Below are positions 45,306 through 56,830 of a stretch of 64,000 nt of DNA, one piece after another. Numbering within the stretch: position 1 is the first letter of the stretch; each line of letters begins with the position of its first letter. The notes under the pieces are model-generated. The model was given only the letters and a program-made list of their open reading frames with translations, was not told the DNA's origin and ran no database searches. A program made the translations under genes and the position numbers. Origin of the DNA: Thecamonas trahens ATCC 50062 (lineage: Eukaryota; Protista; Apusomonadida); contig NW_013657679.1 of the NCBI RefSeq assembly GCF_000142905.1, positions 126,657-190,656 of the forward strand, read 5' to 3'.

Positions 45306-45809
45306 ATGATTCTGGATGAACACACTGTTGTTTATCCGTACCTCCTCGCCAACGCATCAGCCGACCCACGGGCAGAGCTTGGTGGCGATGATCGTGTGCA
45401 GACACCACGGCGTCGGGGTGCTCAACTATCAGAGACGACTCTCGACACAATAGCAACGTTGTACAGACCATGGCGAGCATATCTAGCTCAACCCTACCCA
45501 TCCCATCCGTCACCGCGAAGGCTCACCTAACAGATCGGGGGGTGAGGGGCAAAATAGATGGTACGATGATCGGCAGATATCCAGCTAGCTCAAACCACGC
45601 AGCGTCACCATCACTTGCGATCATGTGTGGAACGTGGCCTCAAGCTGGGCTTCGACAACATGCAACTCATCACGCTTCTCCCGACGAAGTTTGTGCGGAT
45701 CGGCGGTGCGGAACAAGACCTTGCCCTTGCGCGCGTAGACAACTGGCGCGCCACTGACCGGAAGCTGCGACAGCTCGGCCACCTCGGCCTCCAGAATCTC
45801 CCGCTGTAG
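45306..45809 (+). CDS. Possible small spliced hypothetical gene; exon structure unresolved
   Basis: Two protein-like ORF pieces (MILDEHTVVYPYLL... and ...LGFDNMQLITLLPTKF...) with candidate splice signals between them. Confidence 0.3.
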
Positions 45810-46427
45810 TCCATCATCCCACCACCACCCACCACCACCCCATCCACACCATTCATCCATGCCATCGCCATCCATACCATCGCCATCGCCATCGCCATCG
45901 CCGTCATTGTCTCGTCCATCAGTCCACGCAAGGTCAAGTTACCGTAACCCCCCCCCCCCCCGCCCCCCCACCCACCACCACCACCACCACCACCACCACC
46001 CTCCCTCCCTCCCTCATACATCGCATACACAACTCCTCATTCCCGCACATACCTTTGTTGCAAGCTCAGCCACCTTGTTCTGCCCGTCCATCCTGCACAC
46101 GTGTCCAAGTCGAGTGAGTCTGGAAGACCGTCGTCATTCGCCGGCAAGCGAAGCTAGCACAGCTGATGACACAGATCAGAACAGATCCATCCAGGTCGGC
46201 GGAGGAAGACACAAGGCACAGCCACCAAAACAGCACAGCTACTACCTCTAATTGGTACCTCATCATGCTTTGGTACGAAGTAATACAACATCCCAGCCCA
46301 TGATGGGACATAGCTAGCTCGCCCTTGCCCCTCCCCCCCCCCCCCCCCCCCCCTTCCGGCATCAACGCCAAACACCGCAGCCGCCCACCACAGCATCCAA
46401 AGGACATCCCTCCAACGTTCTTTTCAC

Positions 46428-49400
46428 ATGGCAACGGTATTAGTAGCCCCGATGGCGCAAACGGCTCCAAAGTATGGCTGCTCTCTGCTGGTGCGGGCGA
46501 GAGCGGAGAGGCGACGAAATGGCGACGGCGGAGCAAACGGGCAGAGAGCAAAAGGAGCGGGAGGGGAGGGGGGCAGCGGGAGCGGGAGGAGACACTCCTC
46601 GTGAACAAGTGCTAAGCGGAGGATGAGGGTGGCACTGGCAAGTCTGCTGGACATCAACCGGGCATTGGAGGATGGAGATACTAGTGTACTGGCACTCTCG
46701 GGTGGTGTGGAGGGTCTGGCTGACGCTCTGGCCTCGTCAACGTCGGCAGGTCTGTCGTCCAGCGCCGTAGTTGACGACGCTCTCCTTGCTCGGCGGGAGA
46801 TGTACGGGACGAACAAGATTGAAGAAGAGCCTGCTGCCAGCTTTTTCGCTCTCTTCTGGGAAGCTTCTTATGGCGACCTGACCATGCGCATTCTGCTCGT
46901 TGCTGCCGCTGTCTCGCTTGTCGTCGGCACGCTCGAAGACAACAAGCTGGGGTGGATCGAGGGTTTTGCTATTTTCCTTGCCGTCTTTATCGTCGCCATG
47001 GTCACTGCCACCAACGACTATATCCAGGAGCGCCAGTTCAAAAAGCTCAACGATGTCAAGCAGAGCTTTTCGGTCAAGGTTCTCCGGGGCGGTGAGGAGG
47101 TCTCCATTCTGGTGTTTGATGTCGTGGTCGGCGATGTGGTAGTCCTCGAGCGCGACGACGCCGTCCCGGCAGACGGCATCCTCATCCACGGCGACTCGAT
47201 CCTGCTCGACACCTCGCAACTCAACGGTGAGTCTGTTGAAACTCGGGTCCACCCTGGCGCGCCGTTCCTCCAGTCAGGCACCCGCATCTCACAAGGCTTT
47301 GGCACAATGCTTGTCACCGCAGTCGGCGAGCACACACTGTGGGGCGAGACGCTCGCCCTGCTCTCCAAGGGCAACCCAGAGCCCAAGACGCCGCTGCAGC
47401 GCAAGCTTCACAAGCTTGCCACTGACATCGGGAAGGCCGGATTCGTCTTTGCTATCATCGTCTTCCTCGTCCTCACCATCTCGTTCCTCATCAAGGAGTC
47501 GCAAACCAAGGACGGCGTCGAGGCCGATACCCACACCTTTTCGGAGATCCTCGAGTTTATTATCATCGCCATCACCATTGTTGTTGTCGCTGTGCCCGAG
47601 GGCCTCCCGCTGGCGGTCACCATCTCGCTCGCGTACTCGATGTCGAAGATGTACAAGGACAACAACCTTGTCCGTCGCCTCGTCGCTTGCGAGACCATGG
47701 GCGGCGCCACCCAGATCTGCTCCGACAAGACGGGAACGCTAACCCAGAACAAAATGCTCGTTGCCGCCGGCTGGTACTTTGGCGCCAGCTACGTTGATCC
47801 TGCGATTGGCCCGCCAAGCGCGGCAGACTTTGGCATCACGCCTGCTGCACGGTCCTACGTCACCCTCCTTGCCGAGGGCATTGCTGTCAACTCGTCGGCG
47901 ACGCTCCATGCCGCGCCAGCCGAGCCAGCTCAGGGCGAGGCTGACGCCGAGGCCGGCGCCGCACCCGTGCCGGGCGTCACCATCATCGGCTCCAAAACCG
48001 AAGGCGCTCTGCTCCTGTACGCTGGCACAAACCTTGGGACGCACTACGGCCCGCTGCGGGCGGCTGCAGACTTCCGCAAGCGGTTTTCGTTCTCGCCGAT
48101 CAAGAAGCGCATGTCCGCCATTGTGCGCAAGCCGACCGGCGGCTTCCGCCTCCACATGAAGGGCGCAGCCGAGATTGTGCTTGGCATTGCGCAGTACACA
48201 TTCGGGGCGTCGGGCGAGGCTGAGCTGATCACCCCGTCCAAGCGCGCCGAGCTCGAGGCTCTCATCGGCGAGCTCGGCTCCATGGGCCTCCGCGTCCTCG
48301 CCCTCGGCTACGCCGACTACGAGCACGACACCCCCGAGTGGGACGGCGACGACGAGCCCGACGACGTGCCGCTCATCCTCCTCGCCCTCGCTGCCATTGC
48401 TGACCCGGTTCGGCCCGAGGTACCGACTGCGGTCGGCGAGTGCATGGACGCCGGCATCACCGTCCGGATGGTGACCGGCGACAACGTGCTGACGGCCTCG
48501 CACATTGCCCGCGAGTGCGGCATCCTCGGCGACGGCGACGTCGCCATCGAGGGCTCGGTCTTCCGCAACATGCCGCGCGAGGAGGTCCTTGAGATCCTCC
48601 CGCGACTCCGGGTCATTGCCCGCTGCTCGCCCAAGGACAAGAACGTGCTAGTCAACATGCTCCGTGAGCAGGGCGAGGTGGTGGCGGTGACCGGCGACGG
48701 TTCCAACGACGCACCGGCGCTCAAGGACGCCGACGTTGGTCTCTCGATGGGCATCATGGGCACCCGCCTCGCTATTGATGCCTCGGACATTGTCATTCTC
48801 GACGACAACTTCAAGTCGATTGTCAACGCCGTCGTGTGGGGTCGTGGGGTCTTTGACAACATCCGCAAGTTCCTCCAGTTCCAGCTCACCGTCAACGTTG
48901 TCGCGCTCTCGCTCGCGCTTGTCGCCGCCGTCGGCCAGCGCGGCATCCCGCTCAAGGCCGTCCAACTCCTCTGGGTCAACCTCATCATGGACACCATGGC
49001 TGCGCTCGCGCTTGGCACCGAGGTTCCGACCCGCGACCTGCTCAGGCGCGCGCCGTATGGCCGCGACATTGCGCTCATCTCGCCGGTCATGTGGCGCAAC
49101 ATCATCGGTCAGTCTGTCGTCCAGCTCGCCATCCTCATCCCGCTCCTCTTTGCCGGCGAATCGCTCCTCAATCTCGACACCTCGGCCAACCCGCAGGACC
49201 TCATCTACCTCGAGACACTCATCTTCAACATCTTTGTCATGCTCCAGGTCTTCAACGAGATCAACGCCCGCAAGGTCAACAACGAGTGGAATGTCTTTGA
49301 AGGCTTCTTTACCAACGCCATCTTTGTTGGCGTCATCATCATCACCCTCATCCTCCAGGTCTTTCTTGTCCAAGTCGGCGGCCGCATCACCAACACCACA

Positions 49401-49901
49401 CAGCTGACCGCTATCGAGTGGCTTGTTTGCATTGCCATCGGCCTCATCTCGCTCCCGGCCGGTGCACTTATCCGCCTTATCCCAGTCTCATCGGGCACCA
49501 CCGATGCTCAGTCAACGCGCATCGGCGAGCGGACTGCCGACGATGACCGTGTTCCGCCGACGCCTGGCAGTGACGACGACGACAGCGGCATTCCGCCGGC
49601 CCCGCTCCCGCCTACCACCCGCCCCGTCAATCTCCCGCCGACGTCAGTCGTCCGCCCGCTCCCGCCGTCGGTCCTGCCCTCGCTTCCACGGCCAATCCAC
49701 GCTCCGACCCTCCCCAACCACCTCGCCCATCACACTCCCGCCACCGAGATGTGCTCGGCCTCGGGATCTTACTCGGGCTCGGCCGTCGACGATGGCGATC
49801 TCCCCTACACCCACAACGACTCTACAGATCACCTTCCTGCAGGCGATGTCGAGGACACCGTTCCCCTCGCCTTTGCCCCAGTCGAGCCGCCGCTGCCGTA
49901 G
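46428..49901 (+). CDS. P2B-type (PMCA/ACA) Ca2+-transporting ATPase; probable exons 46428-46471 and 46622-49901
   Basis: AVPEGLPLAVT, CSDKTGTLT, KGAAE, MVTGDN, TGDGSNDAPALK, FLQFQLTVNV and LLWVNLIMDT. Confidence 0.96.
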
Positions 49902-50067
49902 CTCCCCCAAAAAACAACCAACCAACCAATGATGATGATGGTCAGAGCCGTCGCTGCGCTGCTTGTTCGAACAGAAAGAAGAAACCCCCCCATCCCGTCC
50001 CTTCGCAGAAAAAAATAGAGTCTGTTGCGCAACTGGCGACATGTGCGCCACGCGCAGACCACCACCG

Positions 50068-50105
<38 letters not shown>

Positions 50106-50152
50106 ACCTCTACAACCATTTCCACCCCTCTCGCTCCAGCACCAAGCACACC

Positions 50153-52273
50153 ATGTCTGGTTCAGGAAAGGAAGCTAAAGGTTCCAAGAAGGATATGCCC
50201 CCGCGGCGCCGCTGCTCCCGGCGTCGTCCACAGCCCAAGCCACGTTCGACCTCGCCCAGCGGGTTGACCAGGACCAAGACCAAGACCCCCACGGCAACGT
50301 CAACGTCAACGTCAACGTCGACATCAACCATCACCACCGTGGTGAGCGGAAATGACTCTGGTCGGAAGCGGAAGAAGCTGGTCATCTCACGTAGTGGTGG
50401 GGACTCGTCTCGGTCGTCCGGTCCGCCACCGCCGTCCACGGGCTCTGCAGCTGTTGTCCAGCCGGCCGTCGTCCAGCCGGCTGTCGTCCACCCACCGCCG
50501 ACAATCGATGATGCTGCCACCATCGAACCGGTTAGGCGGTGCAAGATCGTGCCGAGAAAGGAGCTGAAGCGCTGCGATGTGCCCCACCCGAAAAGGTGCA
50601 AGCGGGCCAAGCCGAAGAAGACTCCCCCTCCCAAGCGGTGTGCTCGGGTGGCGCCCAGAAACGACCGGCTGACCTTGGATGAGCCCCGCCTTACATCTCC
50701 GCTCGCCCCTGCCCCGCCACCGGTCGCCTGCGCCCGCATATCGCCGCCGTCAATCCTAACCGCGCCCGCCCCTGCCCCGCCACCGGTCGCCTGCGCCCGC
50801 ATATCGCCGCCGTCAATCCCAATCGCACCCGCCCCTGCCCCGCCACCGGTCGCCTGCGCCCGCATATCGCCGCCGTCAATCCCAACCCCGCCCGTGCCTG
50901 TCCAGATGCCCGACTTCAGACCTCACATTGCATGCTCACGGGTGGCACCGCGGATGCGCGAACTCGAGCGGGATGTCGTGTGTGAGGTCCCACCGCGGCG
51001 CGAGTCCTCGCCCGACTCGATCGACTCTCTCTATTCACCGCGGGATTTGATAGATGACATTCAGTGTGCGCGGGTCGAGCCGAACTTTGACTACTCTAGC
51101 GACAGCGAGTTGATTGCTGCACCGAGCCAGCCGTCGTGGTGGGACGATACGATCAAGGAGCCGTCGCCAGCCTGCCTGGGCCTCCCGGGCTCATCGGTTC
51201 CCTCGCTCGCTAAGCTCTGCATCAAGACGATGCTTGACGAAGGTGTGTACTTTCGCGACGAGCCGCAGGTGGTGGCCCAGGTTGAGGCCGAGATGCGGTC
51301 ATTCCCGTTCCTCAACCTCAAGGACCCGCGGCCGGCCGACGAGTGGCCAGCAGCGACGCTGGAAGCTCTGAGGCAGCCGTTGGAGAGCGACGCGTGCGTG
51401 CCGGCCATCAACGTTGCAGTGGACCTGGAGGACACTGCCGGTCGCATCTACGACCTCGTCACTATGGTCGATAGCTGCGAGCAACTCGCTGATCGAGCCA
51501 ACATCCCGCACGCCTTTGAGCGGTACGCGCGCTATCTCGACCTTGTCCGCGCTCACCCTGAGGTCCAGCTTGTGCCTGCGCTCGACATTCTCGCAGTCTG
51601 GTACGCGCATCTCATCCGAACCGGGCAGTACAAGACGTTCTGCCTCTCGCGCTACCCAAACGTGGGCGAGCGGCGCCGGCTCGTCGACCGCACTGGACCG
51701 CTCATCGTCCTGGACACGTACGGCAAGCTCCTCACCAACGACGACGACCACCAAGTCGCTGAGGCGCTCGCTGTGACTGGAAGGCTCTGGATGGAGGCAT
51801 ACGGTGAGCCGTACCAGGTCAACCTCGCCGAGGTATACCCGGCCACGCCACAGCTCTCGCTCACGCCGCCGGTGCAGCTCAGCATGTCTGTCGACGATTT
51901 CCTCCACGACCGCGACTGGCTCACCGATCTGCACAGCATGATCAGCGCGGAGCAGCGCGAGCTCCTTGCCTTGCACTCGACGCCGTACCTACGCTCCCTC
52001 ATCCGGTCGTACGAGCGGTTCCTCTACCTCAACGCTAAGCATTCGACCGGCTACCTCTCTGTTGCGCTCGACGTCGACCTCATCTGGCACGCGCACCAGA
52101 TCTACCCCGCCAACTACGAGATGGACTGCCTCCGCATGTTTGGCCAGCCAGTTCCGCACATTCCGTGGCCAGAGCACACGCCCGAGGAGGACGCGGCCAA
52201 CACTGCCCATCTCGAGTCGGTCTGGGCCGAGACCTTTGGCCTCGACTTTGGTGCGCGGCCGACGCTGTCCTGA
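50153..52273 (+). CDS. GRDP/DUF1399-like protein with a Pro/Cys-motif-rich N-terminal half
   Basis: Two copies of the RY..FL...LVP.LD(I/V)..WH.H....Y motif (LVPALDILAVWYAH and VALDVDLIWHAHQIYP). Confidence 0.72.
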   Translation: MSGSGKEAKGSKKDMPPRRRCSRRRPQPKPRSTSPSGLTRTKTKTPTATSTSTSTSTSTITTVVSGNDSGRKRKKLVISRSGGDSSRSSGPPPPSTGSAAVVQPAVVQPAVVHPPPTIDDAATIEPVRRCKIVPRKELKRCDVPHPKRCKRAKPKKTPPPKRCARVAPRNDRLTLDEPRLTSPLAPAPPPVACARISPPSILTAPAPAPPPVACARISPPSIPIAPAPAPPPVACARISPPSIPTPPVPVQMPDFRPHIACSRVAPRMRELERDVVCEVPPRRESSPDSIDSLYSPRDLIDDIQCARVEPNFDYSSDSELIAAPSQPSWWDDTIKEPSPACLGLPGSSVPSLAKLCIKTMLDEGVYFRDEPQVVAQVEAEMRSFPFLNLKDPRPADEWPAATLEALRQPLESDACVPAINVAVDLEDTAGRIYDLVTMVDSCEQLADRANIPHAFERYARYLDLVRAHPEVQLVPALDILAVWYAHLIRTGQYKTFCLSRYPNVGERRRLVDRTGPLIVLDTYGKLLTNDDDHQVAEALAVTGRLWMEAYGEPYQVNLAEVYPATPQLSLTPPVQLSMSVDDFLHDRDWLTDLHSMISAEQRELLALHSTPYLRSLIRSYERFLYLNAKHSTGYLSVALDVDLIWHAHQIYPANYEMDCLRMFGQPVPHIPWPEHTPEEDAANTAHLESVWAETFGLDFGARPTLS
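50703..50885 (+). repeat. Coding 63-bp tandem repeat (about 3 units) encoding APAPPPVACARISPPSI
   Basis: Seen directly. Confidence 0.9.
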
Positions 52274-52488
52274 TCCGGAAAGCCTCCACCAAGTGCTCAC
52301 CAACAACTTGATCACACCAGCTTGTGCAGCAACACCAGCCGCGCAGCCATTTACGCTCAATCTCATACACTCATCACATGACACACCTCGACGGTACCCC
52401 CCACTCCGCTCACAGCTCTTTCCCCGTCCGCACCGCCAGGCGACCGGGGCCCTCCACCCCCACGCCCGGAGCCACTCCTCTCGCGACC

Positions 52489-53538
52489 ATGGACACTTAC
52501 TTTGACCTGGACGCGTTCCGGGCACGGGTGAGCAGCAGCACGGCCGAGGCGCATGCAACGGTGTACGGTGTGGTGTACTCGCCATGTGGTGAGTACATGG
52601 CTGCGGTGGACTCGCGGGGAGTGGTGAGGGTGTGGGCCCTGTCTCCTGCTCTCCAAGGCGAGTGGTGGGCCGAGGGTGAGGATGGCTCGCCCGGCGTGCC
52701 TCTTGTCACGGCTACTCTTCATCGAGGTCCCATCTACGGTGTCGAGCTGGCAGAGATTGGCAGCAAGGTTGTTCTGGCTACGGGTGCGTCTGATGGTCTC
52801 GGTCTCTGGGATTGGGCTGCGTTGCTGGCGAGTGGCGGTGAGGCGACGGCCGTGGCGGCGGCGCAGTTGCTGGCGCTGGATGCGGGCGATGTGGCTGGAA
52901 CGCCGGTAGAGGTCAACGCTGTGGCGCTGGATCCAGCATCAGGCCTGGTAGTTTGCGGAACGGGTGCCGGCGAAGTGCGGGCGTGGGACGTGGCGACCGG
53001 GAGCCACAGCTACACGCTTACCGGCCACACCGACATGGTGCTCGACGTGGGGCTGCGGGGCTCTGGCAGCGCCCCGGTGTCGGCGTCAGAAGACGGGACG
53101 GTCAAGCTGTGGGATGCCAAGGCCGGAGGATGCAGCGCGAGCCTGCAGCCCGGCGGTGGGGCGTGGGTTGGCGCGCTTGCGCTCGATCCGGACGCGTCGT
53201 GGCTGGCAACCGGCGGCGGTGACTGTGCGGTCTCGCTGTGGCACCTTGCGTCGCTGACGCAGACGACGACGATGGAAACCAAGGCCTGCGTCCAGACCGT
53301 GGTCTTTGCCGACGAGCACGTGCTGGCTGGCGGAGCGAGCCCGTGGCTTTACCGCTTTAACATCAACGGGCGGCTGGCGGCCAAGCTGCCTGTGAGTGCG
53401 AGCTCGGTGTTTGCGGTCGGGCTCAACGAGGCGAGCCCGCGGAACAGGGTGATTGTGGCCGGCGGCAACACGCCAGTCCTCGACGTGTACACCAACTACT
53501 TCCACCGGGCGTTTGGTCTCCCGCTCTCGACCAGCTAG
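52489..53538 (+). CDS. THOC6: WD40 protein, THO complex subunit 6-like
   Basis: WD repeats (EVNA, GHTDMVL, SASEDGTVKLWD, WLATGGG..VSLWHL) and a C-terminal DVYTNY..R similar to THOC6. Confidence 0.75.
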   Translation: MDTYFDLDAFRARVSSSTAEAHATVYGVVYSPCGEYMAAVDSRGVVRVWALSPALQGEWWAEGEDGSPGVPLVTATLHRGPIYGVELAEIGSKVVLATGASDGLGLWDWAALLASGGEATAVAAAQLLALDAGDVAGTPVEVNAVALDPASGLVVCGTGAGEVRAWDVATGSHSYTLTGHTDMVLDVGLRGSGSAPVSASEDGTVKLWDAKAGGCSASLQPGGGAWVGALALDPDASWLATGGGDCAVSLWHLASLTQTTTMETKACVQTVVFADEHVLAGGASPWLYRFNINGRLAAKLPVSASSVFAVGLNEASPRNRVIVAGGNTPVLDVYTNYFHRAFGLPLSTS

Positions 53539-56500
53539 TTGACCTTGATCTTGGAGGCTGGCTTGGACGAGCGGCGCGAGTAGCGGTAGGCGGCAAAGAG
53601 GAGGGCGTTGAGAGCGGCGCCGACGGCAACAGTCCAGCGGACCGAAACGCCTTCGTGGACGTGTTGCTCCTCCTGCACCGCATTGCAGTGGTAGTGGGCG
53701 GCGTAGCCTACAAACTCGGCGGCCTGGTGAACAAATCGCGCGGCCTTGCCGAGGAGCACGCCCGAGACGAGCGACGCGAGCTCATCGTCGGTGTGGGCCG
53801 AGACCCGCGGCGAGGCGGCGGTAAACTCGGCAGCAGCCCAGAGCGAGCGGACGTCGTCATAGGCGGTGCGGAGGGCGTCCATGGCCGGCGAGGCAAAAGC
53901 TGGCGCGTTGTACTCGGTAACGGCCACGGACGCGAGATGTGCCAGCGCTGTGTTCATCGACGACCGCGCCGCGAGCAGTGCGGCGACAGCGTTGTTGAAC
54001 TTGACGAGGCCGGTCTGGTGCCGCGAAATCCGCCACGCGCCATCGCAGGCCGAGAGCGGCGAGGTGCCTGTGGCGTAGAGCCAGTTGTCGAGGGCGCGCC
54101 GGGCGCCAGGCGCCGCGGCTGGCGGGAGGCCGCCGACAAGGCGGAGCACGGCGGCAGTGATGGCCTTGGTCGGCGCGCGGAGGTTGACAAGCTTGGACGC
54201 GCCGTTGCAGTGCATGTACGACTCCCACTCGGTGTGCGGCGACTGAACGCCGAGGACGACGCCGTCAACGACAGCCACCTGCGACGTGGCGTCGAGGAAG
54301 AACGGGTGGGTCGAGTCTGTGGAGAAGAGAACAATGGGGACAACGAGCGAAGCGCCACTGGCCTTGCCACCCGAGGAGCGCGCGGCCGCGTTCGCGGCTG
54401 GTGCGGTCTGAGCGAGGAGGGCGGCGAGGGTGGCCGAGTCGATGACTCGGCGAGTCGACGATTCGATGGAGCCTTCGAGGCTCAGGCGCGGGATGCGGAC
54501 CGTGGTCTGCGAGGCGGCGACCGCAACGGCGAGGCCGGGATCGAGGTCGAGCGAGCGGCGGGCGAGCGAGAAGGCAAAGTGCTGCCACGGCAGGCGGAGG
54601 CTCGCCATCTGAGCCTTGAACGAGTTAAAGTCAAAGGCGGTCGGCCCGATGGGGTCGTAGCTTTCGTGCGCGACGACAACGACGACATTAAAGTTGACAA
54701 CCTTGGCGGCGGCAAAGGCGCCTCCGGCAGCTACAAAGCTTGGGTCAAGCGGCGGCGTGACCACGTGCTTGATACCAGCGTCGAGAACGCCGGCGAGCTT
54801 GGTGAGGAAGAGCGAAGCCGCGAGCTGTCCGGAAGACGTCGGCTCGGCGTGGGTGTTGGGGTCGGTGACAAGGATCACGTCCTCGGGCTGCGGGTTGACA
54901 ACAGCGTCGCGTGCTGCTGGATCTGAAGCTTCTTGGAGGGCGGCGAGGCGGGCGCGGAGCTTGGCGCAGAACGGCGGGAGCGAGATGCGGGGTGTGCCGG
55001 GCGGGGTGGCAAAGAGCGACTCGTCGCAAAACTTGGCAAGGAACGATGAGACAGTGTCTGGCTCGGACATGGCCTCGATGGCGGCGTCGGACGGGACGTG
55101 GCGGCCACCTGATGCAGCCGAAGCCCCGCCCTGCGACACAGCGTGTTCGGCAGACCAGGCGGTGAGCGCGGCGGCGGTGGTGTCCTCGAGCGACGGCAGC
55201 GAGTCGCGAGTCTTGAGCCCGTGGCCGCCGAGGCGCGGGCCCCACTCAAAGGGACCGGCGTGAAGGTCGAGGACGGCAAACGCGGAGGAGGAGACCCAGA
55301 GGTCAACAAGGCACTCGGACGTAAAGTCGAGCTCAGTCTCTGCGGCGAGGAGCGACTCGACATACGCCGAGTCCTCGAGCGAGCCTGCGCCGAGGTAGCG
55401 GAGGAGGAGGTGGACGAGGTTAGTGCTCGTGTCAGCGCTGGGCGGAAAGATACGCGCGCAGGGGACGGCCGCATCAGCGTCGCACGTGATGATGCGAAGC
55501 GGCGAGGTTGGGGCTGGGTTGAGAAGCCCAGACCAGCGCGAGCCCGAGTGGTGCGACGGCGGATGAACGGGAGCGTAGCGCCAGCCGTGGTCGGCCATGT
55601 AGGCAGAAATCCACTCCTCAGCGGCGGTGCCGAGATACTCGAAAGAGAGTGGGCCGTCGGAGGCAATATACTGCTGCTGGCGAGAGTAGATGATGGCGTC
55701 GGAGAGCGGCGCAGCCGATGCGAGGGCGCGATGAGCGTACGAGACCGGGAAATCGTCGGATGTTGGCAGTGCCCACTCACGAGGACGGTACTCAGAGTCG
55801 AGTAAGGCCTCCAACTCGTGACGCGACTCGTCCAGTTGAACGAGCTCGTCCTCGGTGAGGCCACGGGCATAGCCGTAGCGGACAGAGGCAGCTGGGTCGA
55901 TAAACTCGCCGGGCTTTGCGACGACAAAGGTGAAAGCGTCGTCGAGGCCCATGCCGGCCAGAAAGTCGCCGAGCACGCCCTCAAAGGCCAGCGCGTCGAC
56001 AGTGACCGTCTGGGCTGGGAGATCCGGCCCATCGTCGCCCCACACAGAGCGCCAGGGATCGGCACCAGGGTCCGGGCCCGGACGAGCCAGTGAGAGGACG
56101 AGGGCATCAAAGAAGCGAGCGACCTGCGGCGAGGCCTCGATGAGCCGGAAATGGTACGAGTAGTGCGCGTTCGGCACCACACCATCCGTCGTCCGCATGG
56201 CAAGCATGTGCTCGATGTGCTTGAGCCATGGCGCAGCGGCCGCCGCGGCGAGCGATGGTTTGCTCGGCGGAGCAAAGCCTAGCAGGAGCACGTTGACCAA
56301 GCGCGGAACAACCAGCGGTGGAATCGGAGGCAGCTCGAGGTCTGGCCGCGGCAGATCAGACGGATTCGGAGGTGTAGGTGACGCTCCAGTCTCTGCCGTC
56401 GGCTTGGGACTCGTTCTCCCGCGGTAGCGAAGCGCCGCCGACTCGAGAGACGCCAGCAGTGCGTCCATGTCGGGCGTGGTAGAGCCATGGGTGGGGAGGC

Positions 56501-56564
56501 TGAGGGCAAGGGCCATGACAACGAGTGCCGCAATGAGGACGAGGAGGAGACGGTGGGGATGCAT
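53535..56564 (-). CDS. Conserved uncharacterised type I membrane protein, similar by recollection to the plant At5g58100-like family
   Basis: Signal peptide, WVS..FAVLDLHAGPFEWGP..GG.G motif, C-terminal transmembrane segment and KIKVN tail. Confidence 0.7.
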   Translation of the reverse strand: MHPHRLLLVLIAALVVMALALSLPTHGSTTPDMDALLASLESAALRYRGRTSPKPTAETGASPTPPNPSDLPRPDLELPPIPPLVVPRLVNVLLLGFAPPSKPSLAAAAAAPWLKHIEHMLAMRTTDGVVPNAHYSYHFRLIEASPQVARFFDALVLSLARPGPDPGADPWRSVWGDDGPDLPAQTVTVDALAFEGVLGDFLAGMGLDDAFTFVVAKPGEFIDPAASVRYGYARGLTEDELVQLDESRHELEALLDSEYRPREWALPTSDDFPVSYAHRALASAAPLSDAIIYSRQQQYIASDGPLSFEYLGTAAEEWISAYMADHGWRYAPVHPPSHHSGSRWSGLLNPAPTSPLRIITCDADAAVPCARIFPPSADTSTNLVHLLLRYLGAGSLEDSAYVESLLAAETELDFTSECLVDLWVSSSAFAVLDLHAGPFEWGPRLGGHGLKTRDSLPSLEDTTAAALTAWSAEHAVSQGGASAASGGRHVPSDAAIEAMSEPDTVSSFLAKFCDESLFATPPGTPRISLPPFCAKLRARLAALQEASDPAARDAVVNPQPEDVILVTDPNTHAEPTSSGQLAASLFLTKLAGVLDAGIKHVVTPPLDPSFVAAGGAFAAAKVVNFNVVVVVAHESYDPIGPTAFDFNSFKAQMASLRLPWQHFAFSLARRSLDLDPGLAVAVAASQTTVRIPRLSLEGSIESSTRRVIDSATLAALLAQTAPAANAAARSSGGKASGASLVVPIVLFSTDSTHPFFLDATSQVAVVDGVVLGVQSPHTEWESYMHCNGASKLVNLRAPTKAITAAVLRLVGGLPPAAAPGARRALDNWLYATGTSPLSACDGAWRISRHQTGLVKFNNAVAALLAARSSMNTALAHLASVAVTEYNAPAFASPAMDALRTAYDDVRSLWAAAEFTAASPRVSAHTDDELASLVSGVLLGKAARFVHQAAEFVGYAAHYHCNAVQEEQHVHEGVSVRWTVAVGAALNALLFAAYRYSRRSSKPASKIKVN

Positions 56565-56830
56565 GTGGGGGGGGGGGAGGCGTAGAGTGGAGTGTGGTTG
56601 GATGGTAGTGGTAGGGTCGGGCGCCAGGGAGGCGGCGGGCGCCCGAGTTGGGCACCGTTCAATCTGACTGTGAGGGAATGGGAAGGATCGGGGATCGGGA
56701 ATCAGAGAGGGAGGGGGGGGGGGGGGGGCTAGTAGTGGGGCTGGTGGTTACGGGTGACTGCTGATCGTTGCAGAATCTAGGCATCGGCGGCAGGCTCGGC
56801 TGGCTCGGCTGGCTCGGCTGGCTCGGCAGA

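Noticed and set aside
45465-45580. A second in-frame TGA produced by a hypothetical GC-AG splice in the small unresolved gene
   Set aside because: It needs a non-canonical donor plus a micro-exon, no SECIS was seen downstream, and an alternative GT donor avoids the TGA
50069-50101. (CA)n tracts here and at about 43200-43231, and many poly-G/poly-C runs
   Set aside because: Ordinary microsatellites with unreliable lengths in this assembly
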